From a virus (taxonomy: Duplodnaviria; Caudoviricetes): a DNA stretch of 64,000 nt. Positions 18,415-28,034 of this stretch are shown here, piece after piece. The DNA lies in the IMG/VR virus record IMGVR_UViG_3300042934_000565, positions 1,028 through 65,027 of that record, one strand, 5' to 3'. Each line of letters starts with the position of its first letter. Position 1 is the stretch's first letter. The translations under genes were made by a program, and so were the position numbers. The notes beneath the pieces were generated by a model. It was not told the DNA's origin and ran no database searches. It saw only the letters and a list, made by a program, of their open reading frames with translations.

Positions 18415-20943
18415 CTATGCTGCCTTAGCATACTTGTATGACTGCTCGTATGCGTAGACCTGATCGTGGTAAAGTTCTACCTTGTCACCCCAGTGCTGAC
18501 CGACTGAGACATCTGCAACGATCGGGATATCGACCACCGTACCGAATCGCTTGTAAACATGGTGCATATCTTCCATGCTGTCCTTGATTATCGGCAGCAC
18601 TCGTGCGACGTAGTCGTCTCGAATCTCGAAGTTGATAGCGTCGTGCACCAAGCCAAGGCAGTGAGCGAACTGATCCCACCCGAGCTCACGAAGCTTTCGG
18701 TTAATCTCGATCATGGCGATGACTGCCAGGTCACTACCGAAGCCCTGTACCGGAGAGTTGATCGCCTGTCGCTCGGCTTCAGCGCGTACCCCCTGATCAG
18801 GCGAATAGATGTCGGGCAGATGACGAATGCGACCCAGGGGCGATACCACCCGGCCATATTTGTTGACCAGGCGTCGCTGCTTTGCGTGCCATGCGGGCAA
18901 CTTGGGGTAGAGGTCGAAGTATGCGATACGGGCTGCCTGAGCTTCCATCTCGGTGAAGATCGAGCCATAGCTACTGAAGGCAGTCTCGATGAACTTGCGC
19001 CAGCCCATGCCATAGAGGAAGCCGAAGTTAACCGGCTTACCGACTACCTTTCGAATCTCCTTGGTCACCTGAGATTCAGGCAGCCCAGTGACTCGAGCGG
19101 CAGTCATCAAGTGGATGTCGCCACCAGTAGCATAGATATGCTTCATCGTGGTTTCATCCGCCATGAATGCGGCGATCCTCAGCTCGATCTGGCTATAGTC
19201 AGCCTCCACGAATGTCCAGCCAGGCGGCGCCCCGAATAGACCCCGAATGAATGGATCTCTTGGTACCTGTTGAAGATTGACACCTCGCATCTTACCCCGA
19301 GAACCGGAGATCTTGTCTTCATCCGCTTTGCCAGAACTAAGACGTCCCGTAACGGTTCCTGCGAGTTTGAAGTTCGTGTGAATTCTATGGTTATCATCGT
19401 AGAGCTCCGAGTATGGGTTGAAGAACGAGCTGAGGTGCTTCTGCTTCGTAACTCTATCAAGCATACCCTGGAGGGCTTCATGCTTATACTCTGACTGAAG
19501 ATGCTTGATTACATCCTCTGCCATGCTCGGGTCACCAGGCGAGCCATCCTGCTTTACCTTGCCCCGTTCGAGCACTGGCATCTCGAGCCATTCGAACAGC
19601 ATCCATCGTGCGAACTTAGAGGCATTGAAGTTAACGGGTAGCGGCTTGCCCCTGGCATCGGTGGGCCATACATCCGCAGGCACCTTGTCAAGCTCGGCGG
19701 CAGCATATATGCGGGCCTCGACATCTGCCAGGTTCTGCTCGGCAATCGGCTTGCGTTCCTTCAGTCGCTTGACATCGATCCATGCCCCGCGTATCTCAGA
19801 GTCGATCAGGTCACGCTGTGCCGGCATCGTCTCGAACTTGAAAATACGGGCAAGTCGGGGTTCGGCCTTGAACTCCTCGACCAACTGTTGCTTCACCCAG
19901 TACATGTACCAGGTGTCGAGAACATTGTAGTGAAGAACTTCTTTGATCGGGTAGTTCAGCAGGTTGCCCGTGTCGATACCCCATGCCTCAACACCGAGGC
20001 GCGCCATCGCCTGAGGCTTGAGCCCTTTCTGCACGTTCTCATTGAGCAGGGCGATGGCGAGCATCGTATCGAAGGATGGATAAAGCTTAATCCCGCACCA
20101 GATCAACCACTTGCAATCGAAGGAGGCGTTGTGAGCAACCACCTTACGGATGCGCTTAACATGCCGGCCAATAAGGTCCAGGATATACTGCCAGCGACTA
20201 CGCCAAGGGGACTGGGGATGATATAGAGGTACAGCAAAGACAGTGCGACCCATGCTCCCGTCAGGCTTGCGTATAACGCAAGTAGCAGCAAGACTAACCA
20301 TTCTCGCCTCAGGCTCATAGTACTCACCGCCGTTCGTTTCGATGTCGATGTAGATTTCATCCGTCATCTCGAGGATGCGGAATACTTTCTTCAGTGTTTC
20401 CTTGGTATCCGCAATAAGATACTTGGGCTGAGGAAACTTGTTGTCGCGTTCGAGCACGCGGTTAGCGAATAGTCGGAGATCAGCAATGTATCCGGGGAGC
20501 TGCCCAGGGTTGCGATTGATAGCACTGGGAGAGAGGGTAGACATGACGTCAGAACCAAGGGCTTCGAAAAACTTGCCCCTATACTTGGTGATGCCTGACT
20601 TACCCACAACGGCTTGCAGAGCCTCATTTCCCAAACAAAGGATGTGCTTCCGCTTTCGGGTTTGTATCTCCGGGATGAGATACTTAGCCGCATGTTCCTT
20701 GAGCTGCCGTGTAGTAAGTGATGTATCGAACTCCCGGCACTTAATAACGGGGGTAAAGAGGATCTTCGATACGTCGAGCCCGAGTTCCTTGAGCTGGAGA
20801 TCGAGAGCATCTTGAAATCGTCCCGAGCTCTTTCTGTTAGTAACAACCACGACTTCAGCATCGAGAGGTCCCACTGAGAAGGATGATTGGTCATGGTTGC
20901 CACATACCTCGCAGATGTCGGGCAGGGTTGAAAGCTCAAGCAC
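18415..20943 (-). CDS. polA: Family A DNA polymerase with N-terminal UDG-like domain and 3'-5' exonuclease
   Basis: Exonuclease DIET, HNASFD, YNVLD; polymerase TGRLSS, ADYSQIELR, KPVNFGFLYG, VHD; probable leaderless GTG at 20943. Confidence 0.95.
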   Translation of the reverse strand: MLELSTLPDICEVCGNHDQSSFSVGPLDAEVVVVTNRKSSGRFQDALDLQLKELGLDVSKILFTPVIKCREFDTSLTTRQLKEHAAKYLIPEIQTRKRKHILCLGNEALQAVVGKSGITKYRGKFFEALGSDVMSTLSPSAINRNPGQLPGYIADLRLFANRVLERDNKFPQPKYLIADTKETLKKVFRILEMTDEIYIDIETNGGEYYEPEARMVSLAATCVIRKPDGSMGRTVFAVPLYHPQSPWRSRWQYILDLIGRHVKRIRKVVAHNASFDCKWLIWCGIKLYPSFDTMLAIALLNENVQKGLKPQAMARLGVEAWGIDTGNLLNYPIKEVLHYNVLDTWYMYWVKQQLVEEFKAEPRLARIFKFETMPAQRDLIDSEIRGAWIDVKRLKERKPIAEQNLADVEARIYAAAELDKVPADVWPTDARGKPLPVNFNASKFARWMLFEWLEMPVLERGKVKQDGSPGDPSMAEDVIKHLQSEYKHEALQGMLDRVTKQKHLSSFFNPYSELYDDNHRIHTNFKLAGTVTGRLSSGKADEDKISGSRGKMRGVNLQQVPRDPFIRGLFGAPPGWTFVEADYSQIELRIAAFMADETTMKHIYATGGDIHLMTAARVTGLPESQVTKEIRKVVGKPVNFGFLYGMGWRKFIETAFSSYGSIFTEMEAQAARIAYFDLYPKLPAWHAKQRRLVNKYGRVVSPLGRIRHLPDIYSPDQGVRAEAERQAINSPVQGFGSDLAVIAMIEINRKLRELGWDQFAHCLGLVHDAINFEIRDDYVARVLPIIKDSMEDMHHVYKRFGTVVDIPIVADVSVGQHWGDKVELYHDQVYAYEQSYKYAKAA

Positions 20944-20949
20944 GATTGT

Positions 20950-20979
20950 ATTATACCACCTTCGAACTCGAGAGGTCAA
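20950..20979 (-). promoter_or_regulatory. SigA-type promoter for the polymerase (leaderless)
   Basis: TTGACC N18 TATAAT, 7 nt before the GTG. Confidence 0.75.
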
Positions 20980-21379
20980 TTACCTCAATCCCCTGTGCGC
21001 GGAGTAATTCCACACCAGCGGTCAGGCGGTAGGGTACCTTAAATCGTAGAGATCCGATACCCACGTTAAGCAACGAGCGTGCACAGTCAAGGCAGGGCGC
21101 ATGGGTGCAGTAGGCATCACTGTCACCAAGCCTGATACCTTCTCGGGCTGCGTAGGCGATGGCGTTTCGCTCGGCGTGTTCGACGATCTTACATCCCTCT
21201 GTTTCGTCGGGGAGGTGTACGCAATGGGCCATACCACGAGGAGCACCATTATAGCCAGTAGCGAGGATACGACCATCGCGAGCAAAGACCACCCCCACCT
21301 GGGCACGCGAGCAAGTGCCGCGACGGGCGACAACCTCAGCGACCTCCATGAGCATCTGTTCACGGCTGATCCTTTCCAT
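20951..21379 (-). CDS. dCMP deaminase
   Basis: TCSRAQVG, TGYNG, HAERNA, PCLDC. Confidence 0.95.
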   Translation of the reverse strand: MERISREQMLMEVAEVVARRGTCSRAQVGVVFARDGRILATGYNGAPRGMAHCVHLPDETEGCKIVEHAERNAIAYAAREGIRLGDSDAYCTHAPCLDCARSLLNVGIGSLRFKVPYRLTAGVELLRAQGIEVIDLSSSKVV

Positions 21380-21502
21380 CACTTGGCCCAGGTCTTTCCG
21401 CAGCTGCACCTATACAGCTCGCCTCGAGCGGACATATCGAACATCGGAACAGAGACCCTCGTCATCGTAACGAAGTGCCGCCACTTGTGCCACCAAAGCA
21501 TA

Positions 21503-22378
21503 TCAGTACCAAAGCTTTCCCTGGGAGTTCCAGTATTTGATCATCTCGACGTCCTGGTCGAAGATGTGCATGTTTGCGGTGTGGAAGATCAGTTTGCCGA
21601 CCTCGAGCGGATACTGCTGAGGCTCGTTGTACTTGTATTCCCAGAGTCGATTGACTTCCCCTACTACCCACTGGGCAAGTCGAACGGCGAGGTAGACATC
21701 GTCCTGAAAGTGTCTGAGAAGATCGGTCGAGCGCATGAAGTAGCTGATGTCGAGCACACCATCGCGGATGATGAAGTGATACCCGAGGGTGCAAGGGACC
21801 CGCTTGCCGTGGACTGCTCCGGTATCCTCCGGGAACCAGATGGGGAGGTATGCCTGCCGAGTCAGCGGTGACTTGAACAGTTGGTTCACAACATCGCGCA
21901 GATCGCCATAGTCGAAACGGATACCCCGCATCTCACCATTTGTGAAAAGGGATCGATTGTATCCCTGGATTTGGCCCGCATTCTTCGGCCACATGCGTTC
22001 GGGGTAGGTGTGACTGAATGCCTCACCCTCACTCTTGTGAGCGACGTTCGTGCCCTCTTTCTTGGCGGCGAACGGCCACCAGGCCTCGCTCGGGCTCGGA
22101 TTGAGGGGCTCGCCACCTACGCGCTCAAGGAAATGATCCTCGGCCCAAGGCAAACGAGCCCCCGTCTCACGAGCCAGTTCTTCCTTCGTCTGCGGCATCT
22201 GCCACTGGAAGACGACATGAAGCAACTCTCGCATCTTGGCATCTGTTGATTGACTTTGCCACTCCCCCAAGTCCACCGCTGGCTGCTCCAATAATTTCCG
22301 CTCCAACATTTCGAATAGTACCCGAAAGGTGAGGGGCAGGTTCGTGTTGAGATTGTCGAACTGCGAAGCGATGATCAT
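21503..22378 (-). CDS. Thymidylate synthase-family enzyme, dCMP (hydroxy)methylase-like
   Basis: TRQAYLPIW, catalytic VPC, MRSTDLLRHFQDD, NMHIF. Confidence 0.85.
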   Translation of the reverse strand: MIIASQFDNLNTNLPLTFRVLFEMLERKLLEQPAVDLGEWQSQSTDAKMRELLHVVFQWQMPQTKEELARETGARLPWAEDHFLERVGGEPLNPSPSEAWWPFAAKKEGTNVAHKSEGEAFSHTYPERMWPKNAGQIQGYNRSLFTNGEMRGIRFDYGDLRDVVNQLFKSPLTRQAYLPIWFPEDTGAVHGKRVPCTLGYHFIIRDGVLDISYFMRSTDLLRHFQDDVYLAVRLAQWVVGEVNRLWEYKYNEPQQYPLEVGKLIFHTANMHIFDQDVEMIKYWNSQGKLWY

Positions 22379-22450
22379 GGAAGTAGTCCCTTAGGTCTCT
22401 GAGTCGTCTCTAATGATGCCGAGATATCGTCATGCGGTAGTTAGATCATA

Positions 22451-23482
22451 TCACTCATCGTCATCCTCGTCATCGTCGCCCCCTCCGACGAATGGATCTC
22501 CATACCTACGGTTGATCGGCATCCCGATTCGTTCGAAGTCCAGCTCATCGACATGCACCGAGGGCAGCGGCTTGTATGCGGTGAAGAACTCCTTCTCCTC
22601 ACCCTTGAGTGGGCCGCGCTTGTAGTACTCCCAACCTTCGAACTGCTGAGCGTACTCGTAGCCATGCACCTCGGTATGGTACCGGCGAATGACTCGGCGG
22701 AAGGTGTTATAGGTCAGCGCCCCGTAAGTGCGACCTGCCTCATCTTCAGCGACCACCTTCTGGAACCACTTCCTCGATCCTCGGATCGCCGGGTGGTCGA
22801 TGATCAAACGCTTATGTTCTCTATCCAGCTCAGACGAGGGAGCCAGGATGAGTTTACGGAACAGCTGCGACCGCTCATCGTCAGGGCTGGTAAGCACATA
22901 GCTCACCGACTTGAAGAAGTGCCACTGCGTTGCCTCGTTGATCCAGACGAAGCGCAGCTTCTTCACATCGATCCCGAGTTCCTGAGCCAGGTACTTGCCG
23001 ATCACATATGCGACCGAAAGGTCGAGCCCCGCGATGTACCCCATGTAAGAGGTGCGGCTGTGCAGAGTCAGCGTCGGGTAGGGCTTGGCCTTGTAGCTGA
23101 AGCTCAGCATGCACGCGCCCCAGATACGAGTCTGCTTGTTCTGATGCCCGGTTGCCTCACCACCGCGAGGCTTGACGGTCTTGGTACGCATGACTGCGAT
23201 GCCGCGTTCCTTCAGACCGATACGTGAGGTGATCCGACCGATCCAGGTCTCGAGGTCCTGCGGATCGATGTACTGACGAATGAGCATCGACCATCGCTGC
23301 TTGGTCAGCCACGAAGTCTTGAGGTCGAAGTCCCACTCCATCGAGTCGCACTCGGCGATCACCATGTGCTCGGATACATCCACCGAACTGATGAGGTCGA
23401 GGCTATCGGGAGTACCGAAGAGCAGTCCATCCACGAGAGCATCGTGAAGCTGCGTCATGGTGTGGGTGTGGTAATGCTTCAT
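22451..23482 (-). CDS. Highly divergent second thymidylate synthase-fold protein
   Basis: WGACMLSFSY...LTLHSRTSYMGYIAGLD...QWH matches the spacing of the TS PC / RSxD..N / HxY motifs. Confidence 0.55.
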   Translation of the reverse strand: MKHYHTHTMTQLHDALVDGLLFGTPDSLDLISSVDVSEHMVIAECDSMEWDFDLKTSWLTKQRWSMLIRQYIDPQDLETWIGRITSRIGLKERGIAVMRTKTVKPRGGEATGHQNKQTRIWGACMLSFSYKAKPYPTLTLHSRTSYMGYIAGLDLSVAYVIGKYLAQELGIDVKKLRFVWINEATQWHFFKSVSYVLTSPDDERSQLFRKLILAPSSELDREHKRLIIDHPAIRGSRKWFQKVVAEDEAGRTYGALTYNTFRRVIRRYHTEVHGYEYAQQFEGWEYYKRGPLKGEEKEFFTAYKPLPSVHVDELDFERIGMPINRRYGDPFVGGGDDDEDDDE

Positions 23483-24072
23483 GCCTGCACCGCCTTGTAG
23501 AGACCGTCGGTCACTGAGCAGTGGAAGAACCGAGTACCCTCGGCTGACATGGGGTACGAGCGAAGCAGATTCTCGTGCTCCTCACCCTCGTACATGTAGC
23601 AGAAGACAGCGGCATCGTCGAGGGCCCGCTTACAGCCAGGGCACTTGGTGCTGACCCCGTCGTAACCCTCCTCCTGTCGCTTCTCGTTCTTCTTGTGCTT
23701 GTTGTCGTAGGCGAGCTTGACCGATTCTGCATCCATGCCCAGCCCCAGGAAGATGTTGAGCAGGAAGTGCAGAGCATCGATGGCCTCACCCTGTGCGGCC
23801 TCGAGATTGATGTGCCGGGACTTGGCCCAGGGCTTCCACCCGATTTCGCCCAGCAGCTCATGCAGCTCGTCGGTCAGGGCGGTGACGTTCCAGTGAAGGA
23901 AATCGATCAGCGGCTTGCGATCTTCATCGGTGTTCTCGTAGTTGCCCTCCTCATCAAGAAGCGCGAACTCGGGAGAGTCGAAGGCGTTGAGGAAGAGATT
24001 AATCGGGTGCGGCGATGGCATCTTCCCCTGAAGCTCGCTCTGCTGATCGAGGAAGTACTGGAGGGTGGTCAT
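23479..24072 (-). CDS. All-alpha NTP pyrophosphatase (dimeric dUTPase/dCTPase, MazG superfamily) with Cys-rich C-terminus
   Basis: DELHELL..WKPW, EAIDALHF, YDNKHKKNEKRQEEGY. Confidence 0.9.
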   Translation of the reverse strand: MTTLQYFLDQQSELQGKMPSPHPINLFLNAFDSPEFALLDEEGNYENTDEDRKPLIDFLHWNVTALTDELHELLGEIGWKPWAKSRHINLEAAQGEAIDALHFLLNIFLGLGMDAESVKLAYDNKHKKNEKRQEEGYDGVSTKCPGCKRALDDAAVFCYMYEGEEHENLLRSYPMSAEGTRFFHCSVTDGLYKAVQA

Positions 24073-24611
24073 AGGAAAGCCCTTTCCTGAGCTCGGTTGA
24101 GTGGGAGGTAAAGAGGACCGAGAGGGTCTCGATCGCTCCAGACAGTGTAGTCATAGACGACAGCGCCGGCATGAATCACGTCGAGGGAGGCCCGCTGAAG
24201 GTATGCCGTGTACAGCTGTTCGACATGATCCCACACCGCGCGATTCGTTTCGTCGCCCGCGATGTTCATCTTCACTACGCTGAGCGGTGGCAGGCAGTAG
24301 ATGATGATCGGCTTTAGCTGGTAGAATCGACGAAGCGAACCATGTACCCAAGCTGGAGAAGTGAAGCCCGCTCGTTGCTCCTTGCGGAGTACGGGGCCGT
24401 AGATGAACTCGCTGATGAGTCGGTATCGATCAAAGAGGGTGTACTGGAATCCCTCAGCAAGATTCTGATCGACCCACTGCTGAAGATCGACCAGGTCGTT
24501 CGTCTCTTTGCTCACCACTCGAGGAGCGACCGTCAGATCGGGGTAAGCGTCGAGGATGTTCTTGATCAGGGTTGTCTTGCCCGAGCCGTCAGGGCCTTCG
24601 ACGATGATCAT
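24069..24611 (-). CDS. dNMP/thymidylate kinase-like protein
   Basis: IIVEGPDGSGKTT, FDRYRLISEFIYG. Confidence 0.9.
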   Translation of the reverse strand: MIIVEGPDGSGKTTLIKNILDAYPDLTVAPRVVSKETNDLVDLQQWVDQNLAEGFQYTLFDRYRLISEFIYGPVLRKEQRAGFTSPAWVHGSLRRFYQLKPIIIYCLPPLSVVKMNIAGDETNRAVWDHVEQLYTAYLQRASLDVIHAGAVVYDYTVWSDRDPLGPLYLPLNRAQERAFL

Positions 24612-24760
24612 CCGTTCGTCTGAAGGTAAGAGATGTTCTTCTCGGGGTCACGGATGATGTCGACGATCTCGACGTCCGTGCCCTGAGGAGTGATGACCTT
24701 GATGAAGTCATCGCCAGAGGTCTTATCCCCGATCATCTCGTACAGATCGCGAGCTCTCAT
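24608..24760 (-). CDS. Small hypothetical protein (50 aa, not in the ORF track)
   Basis: ATGA overlaps at both ends; MRARDLYEMIG... Confidence 0.6.
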   Translation of the reverse strand: MRARDLYEMIGDKTSGDDFIKVITPQGTDVEIVDIIRDPEKNISYLQTNG

Positions 24761-24963
24761 TCTACTACCCTTTCGTATCCGGAACCCTTGAGGTCCTTGA
24801 CGTCGATGATGGCGGGGATACCGCTATCGGTGGTGACTCGAGCTTGCCACTCCTGAGTCATGGTTTTGGGTGAGATGAACTCCGTCACGGTGAGGATGAC
24901 GCTTCCATCTTCGGACTTGAATCGGGCACCGAGCGGTACCCCGTAAACCTTATTGGCTGGCAT
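24757..24963 (-). CDS. Hypothetical protein, leaderless first gene of the nucleotide operon
   Basis: ATG 7 nt from the -10 box. Confidence 0.7.
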   Translation of the reverse strand: MPANKVYGVPLGARFKSEDGSVILTVTEFISPKTMTQEWQARVTTDSGIPAIIDVKDLKGSGYERVVE

Positions 24964-24969
24964 ATATAG

Positions 24970-24998
24970 AGTATACCATTCTCGAATCTTCGAGTCAA
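24970..24998 (-). promoter_or_regulatory. SigA-type promoter of the nucleotide-metabolism operon
   Basis: TTGACT N17 TATACT. Confidence 0.8.
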
Positions 24999-26614
24999 TG
25001 AACCGTATTCTTGAACAGGTCCAGAGCCGCGTGCATCTTATCTGCGTTATCCAGGGATTGACCGATACGAAGCAGACGCTCGGGTGACTGAATCATTTTC
25101 TTACCGATGTCACTATCCTCGAGCAGGGTTGTGTATCGTTCCTCATCGACGGTGCCACGTGCGAGATAGAACTCATGGAAGGTGGGCTTCTGGCTCAGGG
25201 CGATTCGGTCGGAGAATTGCTTGAAGTTGACCCATGAGGATGGGAGGCTGTACCATTGCAGAATGCTAGCCGCGGATAGATCGATAGCCTCTCCAGCAGC
25301 GGCTGGCTGACCGATGAAGATGGCGCCTCCAGACACCTTGGCAAATTGCTTGGGGATCGGTGCGCGGTCGGCCTGCTTGACACCACCGTGGATAGCGAAT
25401 GTAGGTACACCGAGCTTCTTACCCAGTTTAATGAGGCGAGCGATGTCAGCCTTAAAGAGAGCACCTATGACTACCTTCTCGTCAGCTTCCATAAGATCTT
25501 CGAGACGATCCTGTATAACCCTGAGCTTCTCCGATCCGATGGCCACCAGCCTTCCCTTGGGATGAAGCTTTGTCGGTGCCGTCTTGGCAAACCCCGATGT
25601 GATCTGCTGAAGCCGGAGAATTTGTACCAGCTTGATCGAAGCCTCAGTGATCTCGCCCGTGCGGATTCTCGCGACCATATCCTCCGCCATCTCATCGTAT
25701 GCCTTGGCAGACTCTTCGAGTTCGATAGGGATGATTTGAGGAGTGGACTTGGGGAGGTCATAACATTCTTCTCGGGTAATGCTGAAGCTGTCTAGATGGA
25801 CGAGGTCATGCAACTGCTTGGTATTACGAGGCCCGATGAACTTGGCGTAGTTTTCTTTCTGAAGCCAACGGCCATACTCCGCCTTGAACTCAGCGAAGTT
25901 CATTGCCTCACCATTGTCATCGACGAAACGGTGGGGGTTTACGAATCGCCACTGAGCATAGATGTCGAAGAGGCGCTTGCTCTTAGTCACCGGAGTACCA
26001 GTGAGAATCATGCGCTTGGCATCAGGGGATCGATCGGCAATGGAAAGAAGCGCCGTTGTCTTCTTAGCAGAGGGGGACTTGATACGGTGGCTCTCATCGA
26101 GGATGATCATCTGAGGCTGCCACTTTAGCACCATGTCCTTCATGGCATATCGCCCACCAGCTCTGGTGGATCGACGATGGACACCTTCCCTGTCGAGCAT
26201 GGGCTGACCCTTATTGGGTCCGCGTTTGTAGTACATCAGCTCGCCCGGTGTGGAGAAGGCATCATAGTTGACGATCACGATGTCGAGGATGTTCTTGCCA
26301 TAGTTAGGCATCGCGCCGTTCTTACGACCATCCTTGTCCATGATGACGAGGCGGTATGGTACGGGGCAATTCTCTTCGAGCTGCTCCTTCCACACCTGAA
26401 TGGCGACGACGGGCCCGACCACGAGAACACGATTAACTTCCTCGAACTCGTGCAGAATTGACGCCACATCTACGGCGACCTTGGTCTTGCCCGTTCGAGG
26501 GTCCATCAACAGAGCGAAGCCCTGGTTGCCCTCGCGGTAATGCTTCAGAGCCGCTTTAATCGCCCGGACCTGATGGGCATACGGCTTCTTCTTGGGCTTA
26601 TAGACGCGACTCAC
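24995..26614 (-). CDS. SNF2/SF2 helicase
   Basis: PRTGKT, ILDESHRIK, LTGTP, QILRLQQI, GEAIDL. Confidence 0.92.
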   Translation of the reverse strand: MSRVYKPKKKPYAHQVRAIKAALKHYREGNQGFALLMDPRTGKTKVAVDVASILHEFEEVNRVLVVGPVVAIQVWKEQLEENCPVPYRLVIMDKDGRKNGAMPNYGKNILDIVIVNYDAFSTPGELMYYKRGPNKGQPMLDREGVHRRSTRAGGRYAMKDMVLKWQPQMIILDESHRIKSPSAKKTTALLSIADRSPDAKRMILTGTPVTKSKRLFDIYAQWRFVNPHRFVDDNGEAMNFAEFKAEYGRWLQKENYAKFIGPRNTKQLHDLVHLDSFSITREECYDLPKSTPQIIPIELEESAKAYDEMAEDMVARIRTGEITEASIKLVQILRLQQITSGFAKTAPTKLHPKGRLVAIGSEKLRVIQDRLEDLMEADEKVVIGALFKADIARLIKLGKKLGVPTFAIHGGVKQADRAPIPKQFAKVSGGAIFIGQPAAAGEAIDLSAASILQWYSLPSSWVNFKQFSDRIALSQKPTFHEFYLARGTVDEERYTTLLEDSDIGKKMIQSPERLLRIGQSLDNADKMHAALDLFKNTVH

Positions 26615-26758
26615 TGGTAGTCTGCCAGGAATCGAAGGCCGTCCAGAGGGATGATCGCGGGATCGATGTGGTTACCATCCATCCACCAGCCACTACCATC
26701 TTTACGAAGGTAGTAAACCTTGCTCAGGTTGTCACTGGGATTCCAGTAGGCAGCCGGC

Positions 26759-27142
26759 TTAGTTGGAAGCTCGTCCATTGGCTCTCCATGATCGTGCGCT
26801 CAGGCTTTCAATTACGAAGTGTAACGGGCCCTTGCCGAGGTCGAATGTCTGCGGGTTAATGATATCACTTGGCGCGACCAAGTTCACTAGTCCCGAGATT
26901 GACGCAGCCGGTCGCTTACATTCAGTACAAACCCACCACCCAAAACGGCGGCCGCGCTTAGTAGTCGCAGCCTTAGCCTTAGTGGTAGTCCACTTCTCAA
27001 CTCCGCACTGGCAATACGCAGTAGGTTTCGCGAAGAGTCCGACGACTCGGAAGCGCTTACCTTGAGCGGCATCGATCTTCTCCCTTAACTTGACTGCTGA
27101 TTCCTCATCGTCGAACTCGATGAGCAGGTATCTGCTACCCAC
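26759..27142 (-). CDS. Hypothetical Zn-binding protein
   Basis: YCQCG...WWVCTECKRP. Confidence 0.65.
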   Translation of the reverse strand: MGSRYLLIEFDDEESAVKLREKIDAAQGKRFRVVGLFAKPTAYCQCGVEKWTTTKAKAATTKRGRRFGWWVCTECKRPAASISGLVNLVAPSDIINPQTFDLGKGPLHFVIESLSARSWRANGRASN

Positions 27143-27380
27143 GACTCAACTCCTTCACTGCACCGCACGTGTCGCAGTACTTGATCTTGGGCTTGAGGTA
27201 TCCGAGAGCGACGTCGATTCTCACCTTCAACCATGACTGATCAGTGGGGCACTTATCGAGGGTCACGATGGCAACCTCTCGGATATCCTCGGGCGCAGTT
27301 TTTCGCATACCCTCATCATATATGCGCGTGATAACCAAGTCAACGGTCGAGATGCCATTCTCTTCTTCCTTGACAGCCAT
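27135..27380 (-). CDS. Hypothetical protein
   Basis: 81 aa, YCDTCG; overlaps the next gene. Confidence 0.6.
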   Translation of the reverse strand: MAVKEEENGISTVDLVITRIYDEGMRKTAPEDIREVAIVTLDKCPTDQSWLKVRIDVALGYLKPKIKYCDTCGAVKELSRG

Positions 27381-27398
27381 GCTGAGTCGATATATAGT
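27370..27398 (+). promoter_or_regulatory. SigA-type promoter for HTH paralog 3
   Basis: TTGACA N17 TATAGT. Confidence 0.8.
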
Positions 27399-27448
27399 TG
27401 TACATGCAAGCTCAACTGAGCAACTGACCCCAAAACGAAGGAATAATC

Positions 27449-27862
27449 ATGGCTGCTGCCAAGAAGTCCACCGCCAAGGCAACCGTCAAGGCAACGCCGG
27501 CGCCGGAGCCCGAGGTCACCGAGGAGGTCGAGACGTTCGGTGTCGCTGACGTCGCCGAGCTCATCAAGACCAAGACCGGCAAGGTGGTCAAGACCCGCGA
27601 CCTCCGCATCCTCCTCCGCAAGCTCGCCCGTGACGGCCGACTCGACCGCGAGATCATCGCCGGCAACCGTCAGCGCTGGGAGTTCGATGGTGCGGACGAC
27701 CCCCGCGTCGAGGTCATCATCGAGGCATTCGAGAACGGCGAGCTGGATGCCGACAAGAAGGCGAAGCTCGACGCCCTCAAGGCTCGGAAGGCGGCCCAGA
27801 AGGCCGAGGCGAAGGCAGCCGCTGAGGCCGAGGCCGGCGACGAGGAGGAGCTCGAGGAGTAA
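27449..27862 (+). CDS. HTH-like DNA-binding protein (divergent paralog 3)
   Basis: FGVADVAELIK...RDLRILLRK...GNRQRWEF; K/A-rich arms and acidic tail; strong codon bias. Confidence 0.75.
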   Translation: MAAAKKSTAKATVKATPAPEPEVTEEVETFGVADVAELIKTKTGKVVKTRDLRILLRKLARDGRLDREIIAGNRQRWEFDGADDPRVEVIIEAFENGELDADKKAKLDALKARKAAQKAEAKAAAEAEAGDEEELEE

Positions 27863-27883
27863 TTCTCGACCCCCGACAAACAG

Positions 27884-27923
27884 CTAGACCCTCCAGGTGA
27901 ACCCGAATCCCTGGGGGGTCTAG
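27884..27923. terminator. Hairpin between convergent units
   Basis: CTAGACCCTCCAGG...CCTGGGGGGTCTAG. Confidence 0.75.
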
Positions 27924-28034
27924 TCATGTGTGCCGCGATATCGAGACGATAAATGACTCGAAGTCATATGGTCGAGGCGATTAGGCCCATCTCTGAGCCC
28001 CTTGCAAGATCGCTCTGATCATCGACTCATCGCG

